The notes under the pieces: generated by a model
What the model was told of the DNA's origin: nothing
The model's database searches: none
Seen by the model: the letters and a program-made list of their open reading frames with translations, nothing else
Shown: positions 1-10,433 of the stretch, piece by piece
How positions within the stretch are numbered: position 1 is the first letter of the stretch
Layout of the letters: each line of letters starts with the position of its first letter
Made by a program: the position numbers and the translations under genes
Origin: Octopus bimaculoides
Lineage: Eukaryota
Assembly (NCBI RefSeq): GCF_001194135.2
Contig: NC_068993.1
Location: forward strand, 51,228,499-51,263,685
Direction: 5' to 3'
DNA length: 35,187 nucleotides

Positions 1-91
1 CTCCTCCTCCTCCACATCCTAACCCTCCACTTCCACCTCCACTACTTCCTCCTCCTCCTCCTCCGCTTCCACTTCCTCCTCCTTCTTCTCT

Positions 92-140
<49 letters not shown>

Positions 141-400
141 CCTGTAGCAGCATTTCTTCTGCCGCCTCCTACTGCTTCCCCTCCTCCTCTTTCTTCGTCT
201 TCTTTTTACTCTTCTTCTGTAACTCGTTCTCCAATTACCACCACCACCACCTCCACTTCCACTACCATTACCGCCACCGTCATCACCTCTCCCACCTCCT
301 ATTTCGCTTCCCCCTCTTTCTTCTCTTCTGTCTTCTCCTTATCCTCATTCTCCCCGTCCTCCTCCTCCTCCTCCTCCTTCTCATCCTAGACCTCCTCCTC
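1..400. repeat. Compound pyrimidine-rich trinucleotide region: (CCT)n, (CAT)n, (CCA)n, (CTT)n
   Basis: Direct reading; pure (CAT)n at about 93-140 inside CCT/CTT/CCA tracts. Confidence 0.95.
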
Positions 401-704
401 TCCAGTGTTGATATGTCGTTCTGTCAGAAGATTTAACAGGAATATGCACAAAAGAATGGTAATCTCTTGGTACAATAGATAAAGCAATTTGTTGCTAGCT
501 GTTGCTTACCAGAAGAATTTTTGTCGAATCCACACTTTCTCCATCTAGATAAATTCTCTAAAATAAGAAATATTTGCCAAGAAATAGCAGATAGAATCTT
601 ACATTTTCAAGTTAGAATCTATAAACTACCATTTCACATTGTTCCAAATTTGATTACGTATATGTGTAATCAAATTTAACCATTCAGGGAGTCTCAAAGC
701 GGCC

Positions 705-920
705 GTACGGCCTGCTGGAAATAGAAACCAAATCTCTCACAAATTGTGTTCTAGCGTTTTAAATTAAGAAGGAATCACATGTGATAAAGTGTTACTAAGT
801 GCCTTATGCCTGGATACGAAAAAGAGAAGGGTCACAGCTCGGATGCATTCTCTCTTTTACACTCAGAAAACCTTGGATCGTACAGATATATGATCAGAGA
901 TGAATTTCAGCTAAACACGT
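705..920 (+). mobile_element. Interspersed repeat family C (AAC-tailed, probable retroposon), degenerate copy
   Basis: CCTGCTGGAAATAGAAACC (711-729) resembles the reverse complement of ATGGCTGCTATTTCTATCAG at 18235-18254. The 3' part GGGTCACAGCTCGGATGC...GATCAGAG...GCTAAACAC resembles the reverse complement of the copies at 7748-7830 and 18025-18160. Confidence 0.55.
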
Positions 921-1074
921 GTGCTAACGTGTTGACTAGGAAGCTTTTCAGTACAGCCTGACACAGCTCTACATTCTCCTTCAGATCAAACTCTGCTTTC
1001 TTAAATAGCAGAAAGCTGCACTGTGTAAAGAAGTGCTGGTTTTATTATGTCGGAGAAGGAATTACCAAATGGTC

Positions 1075-1282
1075 ACGGATGAACTTTGTTCAAACAGATC
1101 AGTGGTTCACAAACTTATTCAGGTTGCCGTCCCTTAACGTCACAATTACGGATGAACTTTGTTCATATAGATCTGTGGGTCCCAAACACTTTTAGGATGC
1201 TACCCTCTACCGTCGGGTCCCAAACATTTTCAGGTTGCCGTCCTCTTGCGTCACACTCATATATATGATTGCGTCACACTCC
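1075..1282 (+). repeat. Nested imperfect tandem duplication containing hAT/Charlie-like terminal motifs
   Basis: ACGGATGAACTTTGTTCA at 1075 and 1148. CAGTGGTTCACAAACTT (1100), CTGTGGGTCCCAAAC (1173), GGGTCCCAAACATTTT (1215). CAGGTTGCCGTCC occurs twice and TTGCGTCACACTC occurs twice. Confidence 0.75.
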
Positions 1283-2139
1283 AGAATGCTTTGTTAATTT
1301 ATTAATACAGTTATATATTATTTTAGGGAATTTTAGGTTGCTATTTCTCGCATGTCCAGCAACCTGTAGCAAGAATCCCATTCACTTATTTTAGCCTAGA
1401 ATAAAGCACTTATTTCAACTTCCAGACATTGCAACGTAAGTCTCGAATACTACAAACAGCTGCTATGCTAAAATCCCTCATCAGCGTAGCAGTTTCCAAA
1501 TACTTTAAAATTAAATCATCATGTACCTAGTTTCTAGACAAACAAAAACACGGAACGAATGCCACTGGAACGAATTCTCGATCAGGGAAAAAACTAGGAT
1601 CCAGACAACATCAATAGCAGTAACAACAACAATTCGTTGAAGCACATACCTTTCTAAATATTTCAATATTTCATTATATTTTTTCCACTCGTGGGTTTTC
1701 TTTGTTATCTAAAGTGTTTATAGCCCTGTCTTACATGCCCCGCTCTTTTACGACTTCGCCATCAAGTAATCACTTCATATTACTTGCTACTGCCTGTCTA
1801 CGTTGGTTTGCGTTATTTTTCTCACTGTCAATTATGAGCACCATTACTGACAATTAAGAATATATATACATACATACACACACGTACATATACATATAAA
1901 TACATATATAAACATACATGCATACATACAAACATGTATACATTATATAATATATATATAAATATATATGTTGATATTTATATTTAAGATGTGCATTTTA
2001 AAGATTTAGCTACAGTCAATCACTCACGCCAAATTAAATTAGCATAAAAAGGCATTAGGGAACCCCAAGATTACTGATATAATTCGCTCTTAAAATGCAG
2101 AAACTCCGATATAAGATCCTATAATCGAGAAGATAAACG

Positions 2140-2149
2140 ATTAATGTTG

Positions 2150-2184
<35 letters not shown>

Positions 2185-2382
2185 ATTATTATTATTATTA
2201 TTATTATTGTTATTATTATTATTATTATTATTACTATTAGCAGCAGTAGTAGTAGCATCAACATTATATTTACAAATACCTCCTTCACCACCATCGTCAT
2301 CATCGGCGGCGGCAATGGTGGCAGATATTATAGCAGCTTTATTATTGAACAATAATAGTAACAATATTGATAAGAACAATGG

Positions 2383-2434
<52 letters not shown>

Positions 2435-2550
2435 GATGGTGGTGGTGGTGGTGGTGGCGGCGGCGGCGGCGGCGGTGGTGGTGGTGGTTGGGATGATGAT
2501 TATTATGATGATGATGATGATGGTGACGACGGTAATAGTTGTCATAATAA
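2140..2550. repeat. Compound trinucleotide microsatellite: (TTA)n, (CTA)n, (GGT/GGC)n, (GAT)n
   Basis: Direct reading: (TTA)n about 2145-2236, (CTA)n about 2383-2434, (GGT/GGC)n about 2437-2489, (GAT)n about 2491-2530. Confidence 0.95.
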
Positions 2551-3004
2551 CTGATTTGATCGTTACCATTCACCTGATGGTTTTATAATGAAGTACCATT
2601 CCATGCGTCTCAATTATGCATCGCTTCATCTAATAATTTCCAATGTTCTCATGCCGGATACACTAAAATTTTCCAATTTATCCATGGTCTATGTCTGCTA
2701 TGCTCCTCTCCACCCCTCCATTAATTCACTCCATTTCTTCTCCCATAAAATATTATCTATTTACATTAAATTACAAACGTCGCTGTTTTAGATTTTAGAT
2801 TTTCCCGAACAATTACGACGCATCTTCACAAACTTTGTCTACACTCTTTGTATTGTATATTACCTTTCGAACGGTGCGATCGTCGACCAACATCGGGTGT
2901 CATCAAGACATGCCATGATAACGTTCCTGATTGGAATTCAGCCAGCGAGTCTTCATTCCTTGATCTCTCCATCAACTAGACTCTAATGAGGGACGTTAAT
3001 TAAT

Positions 3005-3170
3005 AGTTACCAATTAATGCACAAGGGTAGCAATTTTGAGATGAGTGATAGCCAATTCGTATTTATTTTACCGACTTCCGAAAGGGTGAAAGATAAAATA
3101 AACCTCAGAGCGTAAGCCGGAAGAAATGTCGCCAAGAATTTTGTCCGGCCAAGTCTGCCAATTTACCGCA
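3005..3170 (-). mobile_element. tRNA-derived SINE family A, degenerate
   Basis: TATTTTACCGACTTCCGAAAGGGTGAAAG...GAAATGTCGCCAAGAATTTTGTCCGG aligns by eye to the reverse complement of the well-preserved copy at 19654-19812. Confidence 0.6.
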
Positions 3171-4140
3171 TTTGTGAATTAGTAATGTTAAAAATTGCTA
3201 ATTATTCAATTCATTAACAATATTAATGTATAAGTGTTTGAGGACGTTATTATTCTGAATTTGAAATATAGTTTCTTCCATATAATCTAGCGTGTATACA
3301 TCGAGAAACGTGGACCTTCGATGATAATCTAGTTTGCGACTAAATATGTATCAGCAAATACGATAACCGAAAACAATCTTTCCTCGGATTACGTGTACCT
3401 CGTGATTTACGTTACCCGATGACAAGCGGACACAAAACCAATTGAAATGCATTGGAGCAATCATTATACAGATAATTTCTAAAGAGATAATTAACAATGC
3501 GGACGATTAATATAGTAATGAATGGCTCATTTCAAATATACAAACAGTTACTTGATGTCTCTTTAACAAATATCGGCAGACGCCTTCGATAGCCGTTTGT
3601 TTTTCTTCACGTTATTACATGCGACTCTAATTCGTAAATTAACACGTTTGTTACCAAATTTCTGTTGAAATACATTGACTTTATTATGATTAATTTTGAC
3701 AATAAATGAAGAATTTATTACAATAACTTAGTCATTAATAAGCTGATGCTTGGACCATAGATTCATGTTAAATGTTCATTGAAGATCTTGATTTAGAAGA
3801 CTTCAAAATGTGAAGTGTGAGTAAGAAAACTAAGGATAGTCTCATAACGTTTAGTATGAAAAGGGTACTTACTGAGGTAAATTATATTTTTCATTTGCTA
3901 TCCAATGTGTTAACTGCATATATTTCACTTTAAAGTCCTATCACACTGTTCGCTCGCACAATCTGCTGCTAGCCTAAGGCTGTAAGAATATAAACCAAAA
4001 GATCAATATAAGGGGTCTATTAGCATTGTTAATGTAGAGACATATAATGTATCATCGGCAATCGCATTTAAAAGTACCTGGTTGTCTGGAAAAGGGCGCT
4101 TTGGAGGCTCTTACAAGGACGTTCGAAGTTTTAATCTTTT

Positions 4141-4345
4141 TCTAAAAGCGAGATGTGGTGCAGAAAATATTGGAGTGGTTGTAGGTTCAGAAAATGGAAC
4201 GTGAATGTTGCTAACGAGTTAATTTTTCAATGGAAGGTCAGACGACCAGAAGGTGGGAGGGCCCAAAATACCGTCTGTAGACGTGAATAAAGAGAGTAGG
4301 AGAGCAGTGAGGCAGTCGATCGCCTCAGCCTGGTGCAGAGCCGGT
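4141..4345 (+). mobile_element. Possible highly decayed RTE-type LINE ORF2 C-terminus
   Basis: Plus frame gives WSGCRFRKWNVNVANELIFQWKVRRPEGGRAQNT, weakly like the RTE C-terminal pattern W-x-GHV-x-R...W...RPRGRP..TW. Judged by eye only. Confidence 0.25.
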
Positions 4346-4470
4346 TCCAGAACTGATTGATGATATTTTCGATTAAAGAAGAAATGTTTCATTGTTTGGC
4401 ATTGGGATTCGAAATCCATATCAATGCTGCAGTGCCGTAGAAAGCGAATGAATTGAAAGGCACATCGATG

Positions 4471-4471
<1 letters not shown>

Positions 4472-4547
<76 letters not shown>

Positions 4548-5124
4548 TATACGGACGGACACACACACACAGGGATGTGTATATATGATGGGTATATGAT
4601 TAACCTGCGATGTTCCCATACAAAATAGATGTGAGACTTTTGAGAGCAAAAATTAATGTCTGGGATTCCACAGAACCGTTTTTATATCATAGACTTTTTG
4701 TATTTTGTAGAATACAGGAAAATTTATTGCGGCGAAGATTGAATTTGATTCCATCCCTTTGTAACCAGGAATGCCAGTCACATCCTGATTAGCAAACATG
4801 AATGGACCTACCTTTGGCAATTCTATGGTATTATTAACAAATTTATCAGAGAAAATAACCATCGCTTTCAGCATTTTAAATCCAGGAATATTGTCATACA
4901 CAAGACCGAGTTGTTGAGAATGATTGTGTTTATATGTGTGCTTGTGTATATGTGTATATGTGTGTATGCATACAGATATGCATTTAGCAATAAATATGTA
5001 TATATATATTATATATATGTATATATATATATATATATATTTATATTCATATATATGCGTATCTCTCTCTCTCTCTCTCCCCCCCTCTCTCTCTCTCTCT
5101 CCATCTCTCTCTCTCTCTCTCTCC

Positions 5125-5160
<36 letters not shown>

Positions 5161-5537
5161 GTACATGTGTGTATGTACGTGTGTGCATGCATAGTTATGT
5201 GCATATGTATTTTGTGTATACACATATATATGTATATATGTATATATATATATATATATATGTGTGTATATATATATATGCATATATATATATAAACATA
5301 TATATGTGTGTGTGTGTGTCTCTGTGTGCATGTTTATGTTTTATATGCATATGTATACGCACAGACGCATGCGCGCACACACATACATTATATATATATA
5401 TATACACACACATTCATACATATATATATATATATATATACATACATCTATGCATTACATAATTATATGTTTGTCTGTGTGTATATGTATGGATGTATGT
5501 ATGTATGTATGTATGTATGTATATGCGTGTGTATGTG

Positions 5538-5569
<32 letters not shown>

Positions 5570-5595
5570 TGTATGTATGTATATGCGTGTGTATG
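4472..5595. repeat. Microsatellite blocks (CA)n/(TA)n at 4472-4550 and (TA)/(TC)/(TG)/(TATG) at 4925-5595
   Basis: Direct reading; the two blocks are separated by unique sequence at about 4570-4920. Confidence 0.95.
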
Positions 5596-5629
5596 TAGGT
5601 ATTAGCGGTGATATATTATGTGTGAATTG

Positions 5630-5830
5630 TGTGTGAACGAAAGACAGTTGTGTAGAAATACGTGTTCGTAGTGACTCAGATGGTTTGCAGCCAAATCTAG
5701 ACTGAAGGAAACTATTTCTCCAAGACTTGTCCCTTGACTATTGACGGATGAAATGGCAAAGCACCAACTCATCGCTTGTCAGAACAATTTAAAAGTTTCG
5801 CAGAAATTTGGCAAGAATTTCGTAACAAAA
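5630..5830 (-). mobile_element. Possible deleted mariner-like remnant
   Basis: Minus frame gives KFLPNFCETFKLF*QAMSWCF, weakly reminiscent of the mariner N-terminal KF...ETF.ML.QA..AMS pattern. No terminal inverted repeats identified. Confidence 0.15.
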
Positions 5831-6117
5831 TTGGTAAAAGAGATGGAAATTCTTTTCTTCCGGAAACAACATGATAGTCAGTGGAATGGAATTTAGTTAT
5901 CAAAAGACATCTTCGGAAAAAAGAAAATAAGAGAAATAGAATTCGAATTGTGAAGTAATATTTTAATTTTTTCTTTTTTTTTCTGAAAGTCCACCGAGCG
6001 TCAGAAAGGAAGGAAAGATGACGGAACTATCTGAGATTGGTCTTATACCTTTGTGTATTGATTTCGAATCAGAACTGGGATAAAATTTGCTTTCCATTTC
6101 TTCAAAATGATCATGTT

Positions 6118-6200
6118 TTTGTTGTGGTCTAACCCCACCAATAAGCCTTCATGGAACAGATCTATGATCAAAAACAGTGTCAGCATGACCGTCCCAATAT
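6118..6200 (-). mobile_element. Family C 3' end (AAC tail on minus strand)
   Basis: TTGTTGTGGTCTAACCCC...CTATGATCAAAAAC...CATGACCGTCCC shares motifs with 7748-7830 and 18025-18160. Confidence 0.5.
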
Positions 6201-6370
6201 TTGTTCAGGCATAGTATGTCTAAAATATATCCCCTAAATAATCCTTTCTCTTTCCAATTCTTTTGTTTTTGTTTGTTATTAAGAAGAACATTTTGTAATA
6301 AGACGAAATTTGGTCGAAACTTCTTGCAGGTTGACCAGCCCTGTAGAGGTGTCCTCATTGCCTTGTAATT

Positions 6371-6725
6371 TATAATGGTTTCAAAATTTGCCCTTAAGGG
6401 CAGCAATTCTTGGTGGGTGGTGTGAGTTGATTATATTCATCGCAATGCTTGACCGGTACCATGTTTTATAGAACTCGGGTTGATGAAAGGAAAAGTTGAG
6501 CTGGAAAGGATTTAAAATTAACCGCAAAGCATTAGAAGTGACATCGCAAAGCTTTCTGGTCAACGCTCTAACAACACTTCCATCTCGCAGATTTGCTACT
6601 AACAGGAATAAAACTGATAATCGCTTCAAATTTTGACAAAAGGCCAGCATATGCCGGTTACATCGACTCCATTGCTGAAATGGTTCTTCTTTTATCGACC
6701 ACAGAATGATGAAAAGTACAGTCAA
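6371..6725 (-). mobile_element. Two family A SINEs head-to-tail (6371-6588 near full length; 6616-6725 3' half)
   Basis: Tail motifs ATAATGGTTTCAAAATTTG (6372) and GATAATCGCTTCAAATTTTG (6616); core GATGAAAGGAAAAGTTGA and TTTTATCGACCACAGAATGATGAAAAG; head remnant CAACGCTCTAAC...CATCTCGC ending at about 6588. Confidence 0.65.
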
Positions 6726-7105
6726 TAATAAGGAAATTTGAACACTAAAAGTAAAACACCAGAAGAATTGCCCGCCATGTTACATAATGAGAAAGTAACC
6801 ATGTCATACATACTGATGCGAATGCAATAGATTATAATCTATAGAATTGCAATACAGTTGACCGTATTCTTCAGTGGTATCAAAGATTCGCTCGAACAGA
6901 TCATATCCAACAACGGTGCAAATGTAATAGACAATCGCCTTTCTCTGAAGATTCCTGGCTATGTTCCAATATTAATAATATTCGATGATACGAATAGGCA
7001 TAGAAGTCTCCACTCCCTGATAGAATTTATTCTATGGTATTTTTTAGAGGAGAATTGTTCCCTGAAGTCTAGAAGTTCTCATTTATATTTTCCTGATACA
7101 CATTA

Positions 7106-7656
7106 TTCTTTTACTCTTTTACTCTTTTACTTGTTTCAGTCATTTGACTATGGGCATGCCGGAACAGCGCCTTTAGTCGAGCAAATCGACCCCAGGACTT
7201 ATTTTTTGTAAGCCTAGTNNNNNNNNNNNNNNNNNNNNNNNNNNNNNNNNNNNNNNNNNNNNNNNNNNNNNNNNNNNNNNNNNNNNNNNNNNNNNNNNNN
7301 NNNNNNNNNNNNNNNNNNNNNNNNNNNNNNNNNNNNNNNNNNNNNNNNNNNNNNNNNNNNNNNNNNNNNNNNNNNNNNNNNNNNNNNNNNNNNNNNNNNN
7401 NNNNNNNNNNNNNNNNNNNNNNNNNNNNNNNNNNNNNNNNNNNNNNNNNNNNNNNNNNNNNNNNNNNNNNNNNNNNNNNNNNNNNNNNNNNNNNNTATAT
7501 ATATATACGACGGACTTTCCCTCTACCAAATCCACTCACAAGGCTTTGACCGGCCCGAGGCTATAGTAGAAGACACTTGCCCAAGGTGCCACGTAGTGGG
7601 ACTGAACCCGGAACCATGTGGTTCGTAAGCAAGCTACTTACCACACAGCCACTCCT
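7106..7656 (-). mobile_element. tRNA-derived SINE family B, full length, with an internal microsatellite and assembly gap
   Basis: On the minus strand, head AGGAGTGGCTGTGTGGTAAGTAGCTTGC (A-box-like TGGCTGTGTGG), B-box-like GGGTTCAGTCCC, then GGCACCTTGGGCAAGTGTCTTCT and (TA)n, then N gap 7219-7495. Tail GGGGTCGATTTGCTCGACTAAAGG...ATGACTGAAACAAGTAAAAGAGTAAAAGAG. Confidence 0.9.
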
Positions 7657-7747
7657 ATATTCTAAAGAATATACTGCGATGTGATTGTGAAGGTGAACTC
7701 ATCGACAACTGATGCTGCTGTAGGTATCGATGTTGTCGATGTTAGAG

Positions 7748-7830
7748 TTGCTGTTGTTTAGCACCATGAACACATTGAAAGGGAAAATTCTATGATAAAA
7801 GGTATTCCGGCCGTGACCATTCCGCATTTT
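7748..7830 (-). mobile_element. Family C 3' end
   Basis: GTTGCTGTTGTTTAGC...CTATGATAAAAGGTATTCCGGCCGTGACCATTCC, similar to 6118-6200 and 18025-18160. Confidence 0.55.
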
Positions 7831-8428
7831 AGGGCAAAAGACAACACGGTATCACTTTCTTTTCTTTACCTCAGTAAGCTGTGATTTAACCAAGGCTCGG
7901 TTGTTGTTTCGAGTATGGCGATATGTCACATAGAGACATTGTCGTCGTTGCGGTGATTCTATAAATCCGAAAACACTGATGATTTGCTACACACACACAC
8001 ACACACACAAATATATATGTACATACATGCAATACACACGCACAAATACACACATACACACATACACACATCGGCACCAGTAATGTTGATTAATGAGGCC
8101 ATATAACTAAGTTTAGCCACACATCAGCATGGTTTACTGATCGTAAGAAACACGTGTACATTATATATAACATTAATGAGGAACTAATTACGTTTTGAGT
8201 GTTCCTCTTATATCCATGGCGAGCAACCTACGCACACAAGACTATCTGCAGTTATATGAATTGTCTGGCAACGTTAGAGGTAGGAGTTCAATGCAGATCC
8301 GGCGCACCTTGTGAGTTGCATTTATATACATGCATACATGCATGCATATATTTATATACATACCTTAATACATATAGGCATATATATAAATGTGTGTGTG
8401 TATATGTATGTACGCACATATATACATG

Positions 8429-8686
8429 CTAAATACCAATCTTGAGAAATTAGGCTTCTCAAAACCAGAAAGCTGATTCGAAGATTACAAATCCAATCCA
8501 TCACTGGAACTGTAAAGATCTGTAACACTTTGCAGAAGTTTATCATTTAATGATATATACGTGCGTGTCTAGATATGCAACTATTTTCATGAGAATATAT
8601 ACATAGAACAAAACATACAATCCGCACATATACATACATACATACATACATACATACATACATACATACATACATACATACATACA
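8429..8686 (+). mobile_element. 5'-truncated non-LTR retrotransposon with an RLE-type (R4/Dong-like) ORF C-terminus, a 3' UTR and a (CATA)n tail
   Basis: Frame 1 gives LNTNLEKLGFSKPE (8429-8470). After a frameshift, RKLIRRLQIQSITGTVKICNTLQKFII* (8467-8550). Shares the L-x-KLG...LQ-x4-GT-x2-I pattern with the element at 29269-29457. UTR about 8551-8626, then (CATA)n. Confidence 0.7.
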
Positions 8687-8740
8687 NNNNNNNNNNNNNN
8701 NNNNNNNNNNNNNNNNNNNNNNNNNNNNNNNNNNNNNNNN

Positions 8741-8928
8741 CCATCACTGGAACTGTAAAGATCTGTAACACTTTGCAGAAGTTTATCATTTAATGATATA
8801 TACGTGCGTGTCTAGATATGCAACTATTTTCATGAGAATATATACATAGAACAAAACATACAATCCGCACATATACATACATACATACATACATACATAC
8901 ATACATACATACATACATACATACATAC
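8741..8928 (+). other. Copy of 8498-8686 repeated across an N gap, probably an assembly artefact
   Basis: CCATCACTGGAACTG...CCGCACATA(CATA)n is identical by eye on both sides of gap 8687-8740 (offset 243). Confidence 0.8.
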
Positions 8929-9113
8929 AAAAAATACCTTGTTAATGTTGTTGAAATTCCTACGAAGAAACCTTGGATTTAGGTTAGAAACCGACACTTT
9001 CTCTTTTGAAATCTTGAAATAAAACTGAATAATGACATACATGCATATATACATACATGCATACATACATACGTACATACATACATACATACATACATAC
9101 ATACATACATGCA

Positions 9114-9142
<29 letters not shown>
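8929..9142 (+). mobile_element. Unique island of about 105 bp flanked by (CATA)n on both sides; probable 3' end of another CATA-tailed retroelement
   Basis: (CATA)n, then AAAAAATACCTTG...GAAATAAAACTGAATAATGA, then (CATA)n. Ends in an AATAAA-containing stretch. Confidence 0.4.
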
Positions 9143-9144
<2 letters not shown>

Positions 9145-9659
9145 GTGTGTATGTGGGTGTGTTAGTGTGAGTATTGTTTGTGCGTATGTGAATTGGCAGT
9201 ACTCTCGCAGAATCAGATCGATTGCCATTTGGTTCCGAAGGCTTCCGATTTCTGCACAAATTCCGCTATGGTGAAATTTCCATTTCATAGTGAGTACCAA
9301 TTTTGGAATCTTGTTCGATAGATCGAAGAAACTCTAAGGACTGTGAAAGCTGGAATATCCGTTAATATTTCTTCCAGTCTTATAATGAAACCGTACATTA
9401 AGTTCCATCAATAACCTGTGAGTAGAATTGGGTAGAGAGAAACTCTAAAGAATTCTGTTGAATAATTTGTACCTGAGATCAACAAAATACAAAATTGTCA
9501 CACAATGGGTAACATAAAATGCAATCTGCCTGACGGTAACGTTACGAGGATACGTGCCAGGAGAGTGGTCAGCCATTTATCTGTTAATACAGCGAGCAGA
9601 AACTCAGTTGAGAGAGCTACTCGATTCTCATCACTGCACAATACGCATAGAACATAGAA

Positions 9660-9967
9660 ATAAACACATAGATACACATAGATACACACACACGGATACA
9701 GGCGCACACACATGCACATACATGCATAAATACAAACATACGTATGTACAGAGAGAGTAGGAAGAGGGACACAGATATGCATATGTGTATAGGTATATAT
9801 GCGCGTGGATGAGCATATATGTATATGTATGTTTGTATGTATGTATATATGCATATTATATTATATATATCATATATAATGTAGATATATATACATCATA
9901 TATATATATATATATATATATAATATGTATGTATTATATATGTATATATATACGCATATAGCTGTGC

Positions 9968-10003
<36 letters not shown>

Positions 10004-10395
10004 TCGGATACAGAACTAAATAAATACTAAAATAAAAAGTTAGATAGATGAACGTAAAAATATATTCAAACTTCAAGATTTAGAGTAATTCGTATATGGA
10101 ATTTATGGCTTTTATTTTAGTATACGGCATATCGGTTATAAAATTGATTTAAAAAAATAGTAAATCCTGAATAATTTAAGGACAAATGCACTCAGACGCT
10201 GCCAGATATACACTCGTATGTATCTATACATGTATGTATACAGAGATGCAGCTAGATATGGATATGTATGAAAGTATGTATACATATTCATGCATGTTAT
10301 ATGTGTTTGTACGTGTGTCCATGCGTGATATCAATATATTGGCCTGACCTGGGTTTGCGTATATAGATATATAATATCAGAACATGCATATATGC

Positions 10396-10433
<38 letters not shown>

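Noticed and set aside
3873-3979. Minus-strand segment with an excellent acceptor and GTAAGT donor
   Set aside because: All three frames are closed before the donor; the best gives only LRLAADCASEQCDRTLK*.
4911-5605. Long ORFs of YI/CV/HT/MYVC repeats here and at many other positions in the ORF track
   Set aside because: Translations of dinucleotide and tetranucleotide microsatellites or N gaps.
9190-9300. Minus-strand SLRNQMAIDLIL, resembling a retroviral env immunosuppressive motif
   Set aside because: Too short, with no flanking CX6CC, transmembrane segment, LTR or pol sequence.
9378-9417. 40-nt segment with a strong acceptor and GTGAGT donor
   Set aside because: Stop codons in all three frames. 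Kept as an internal control showing that strong splice pairs occur without coding potential.
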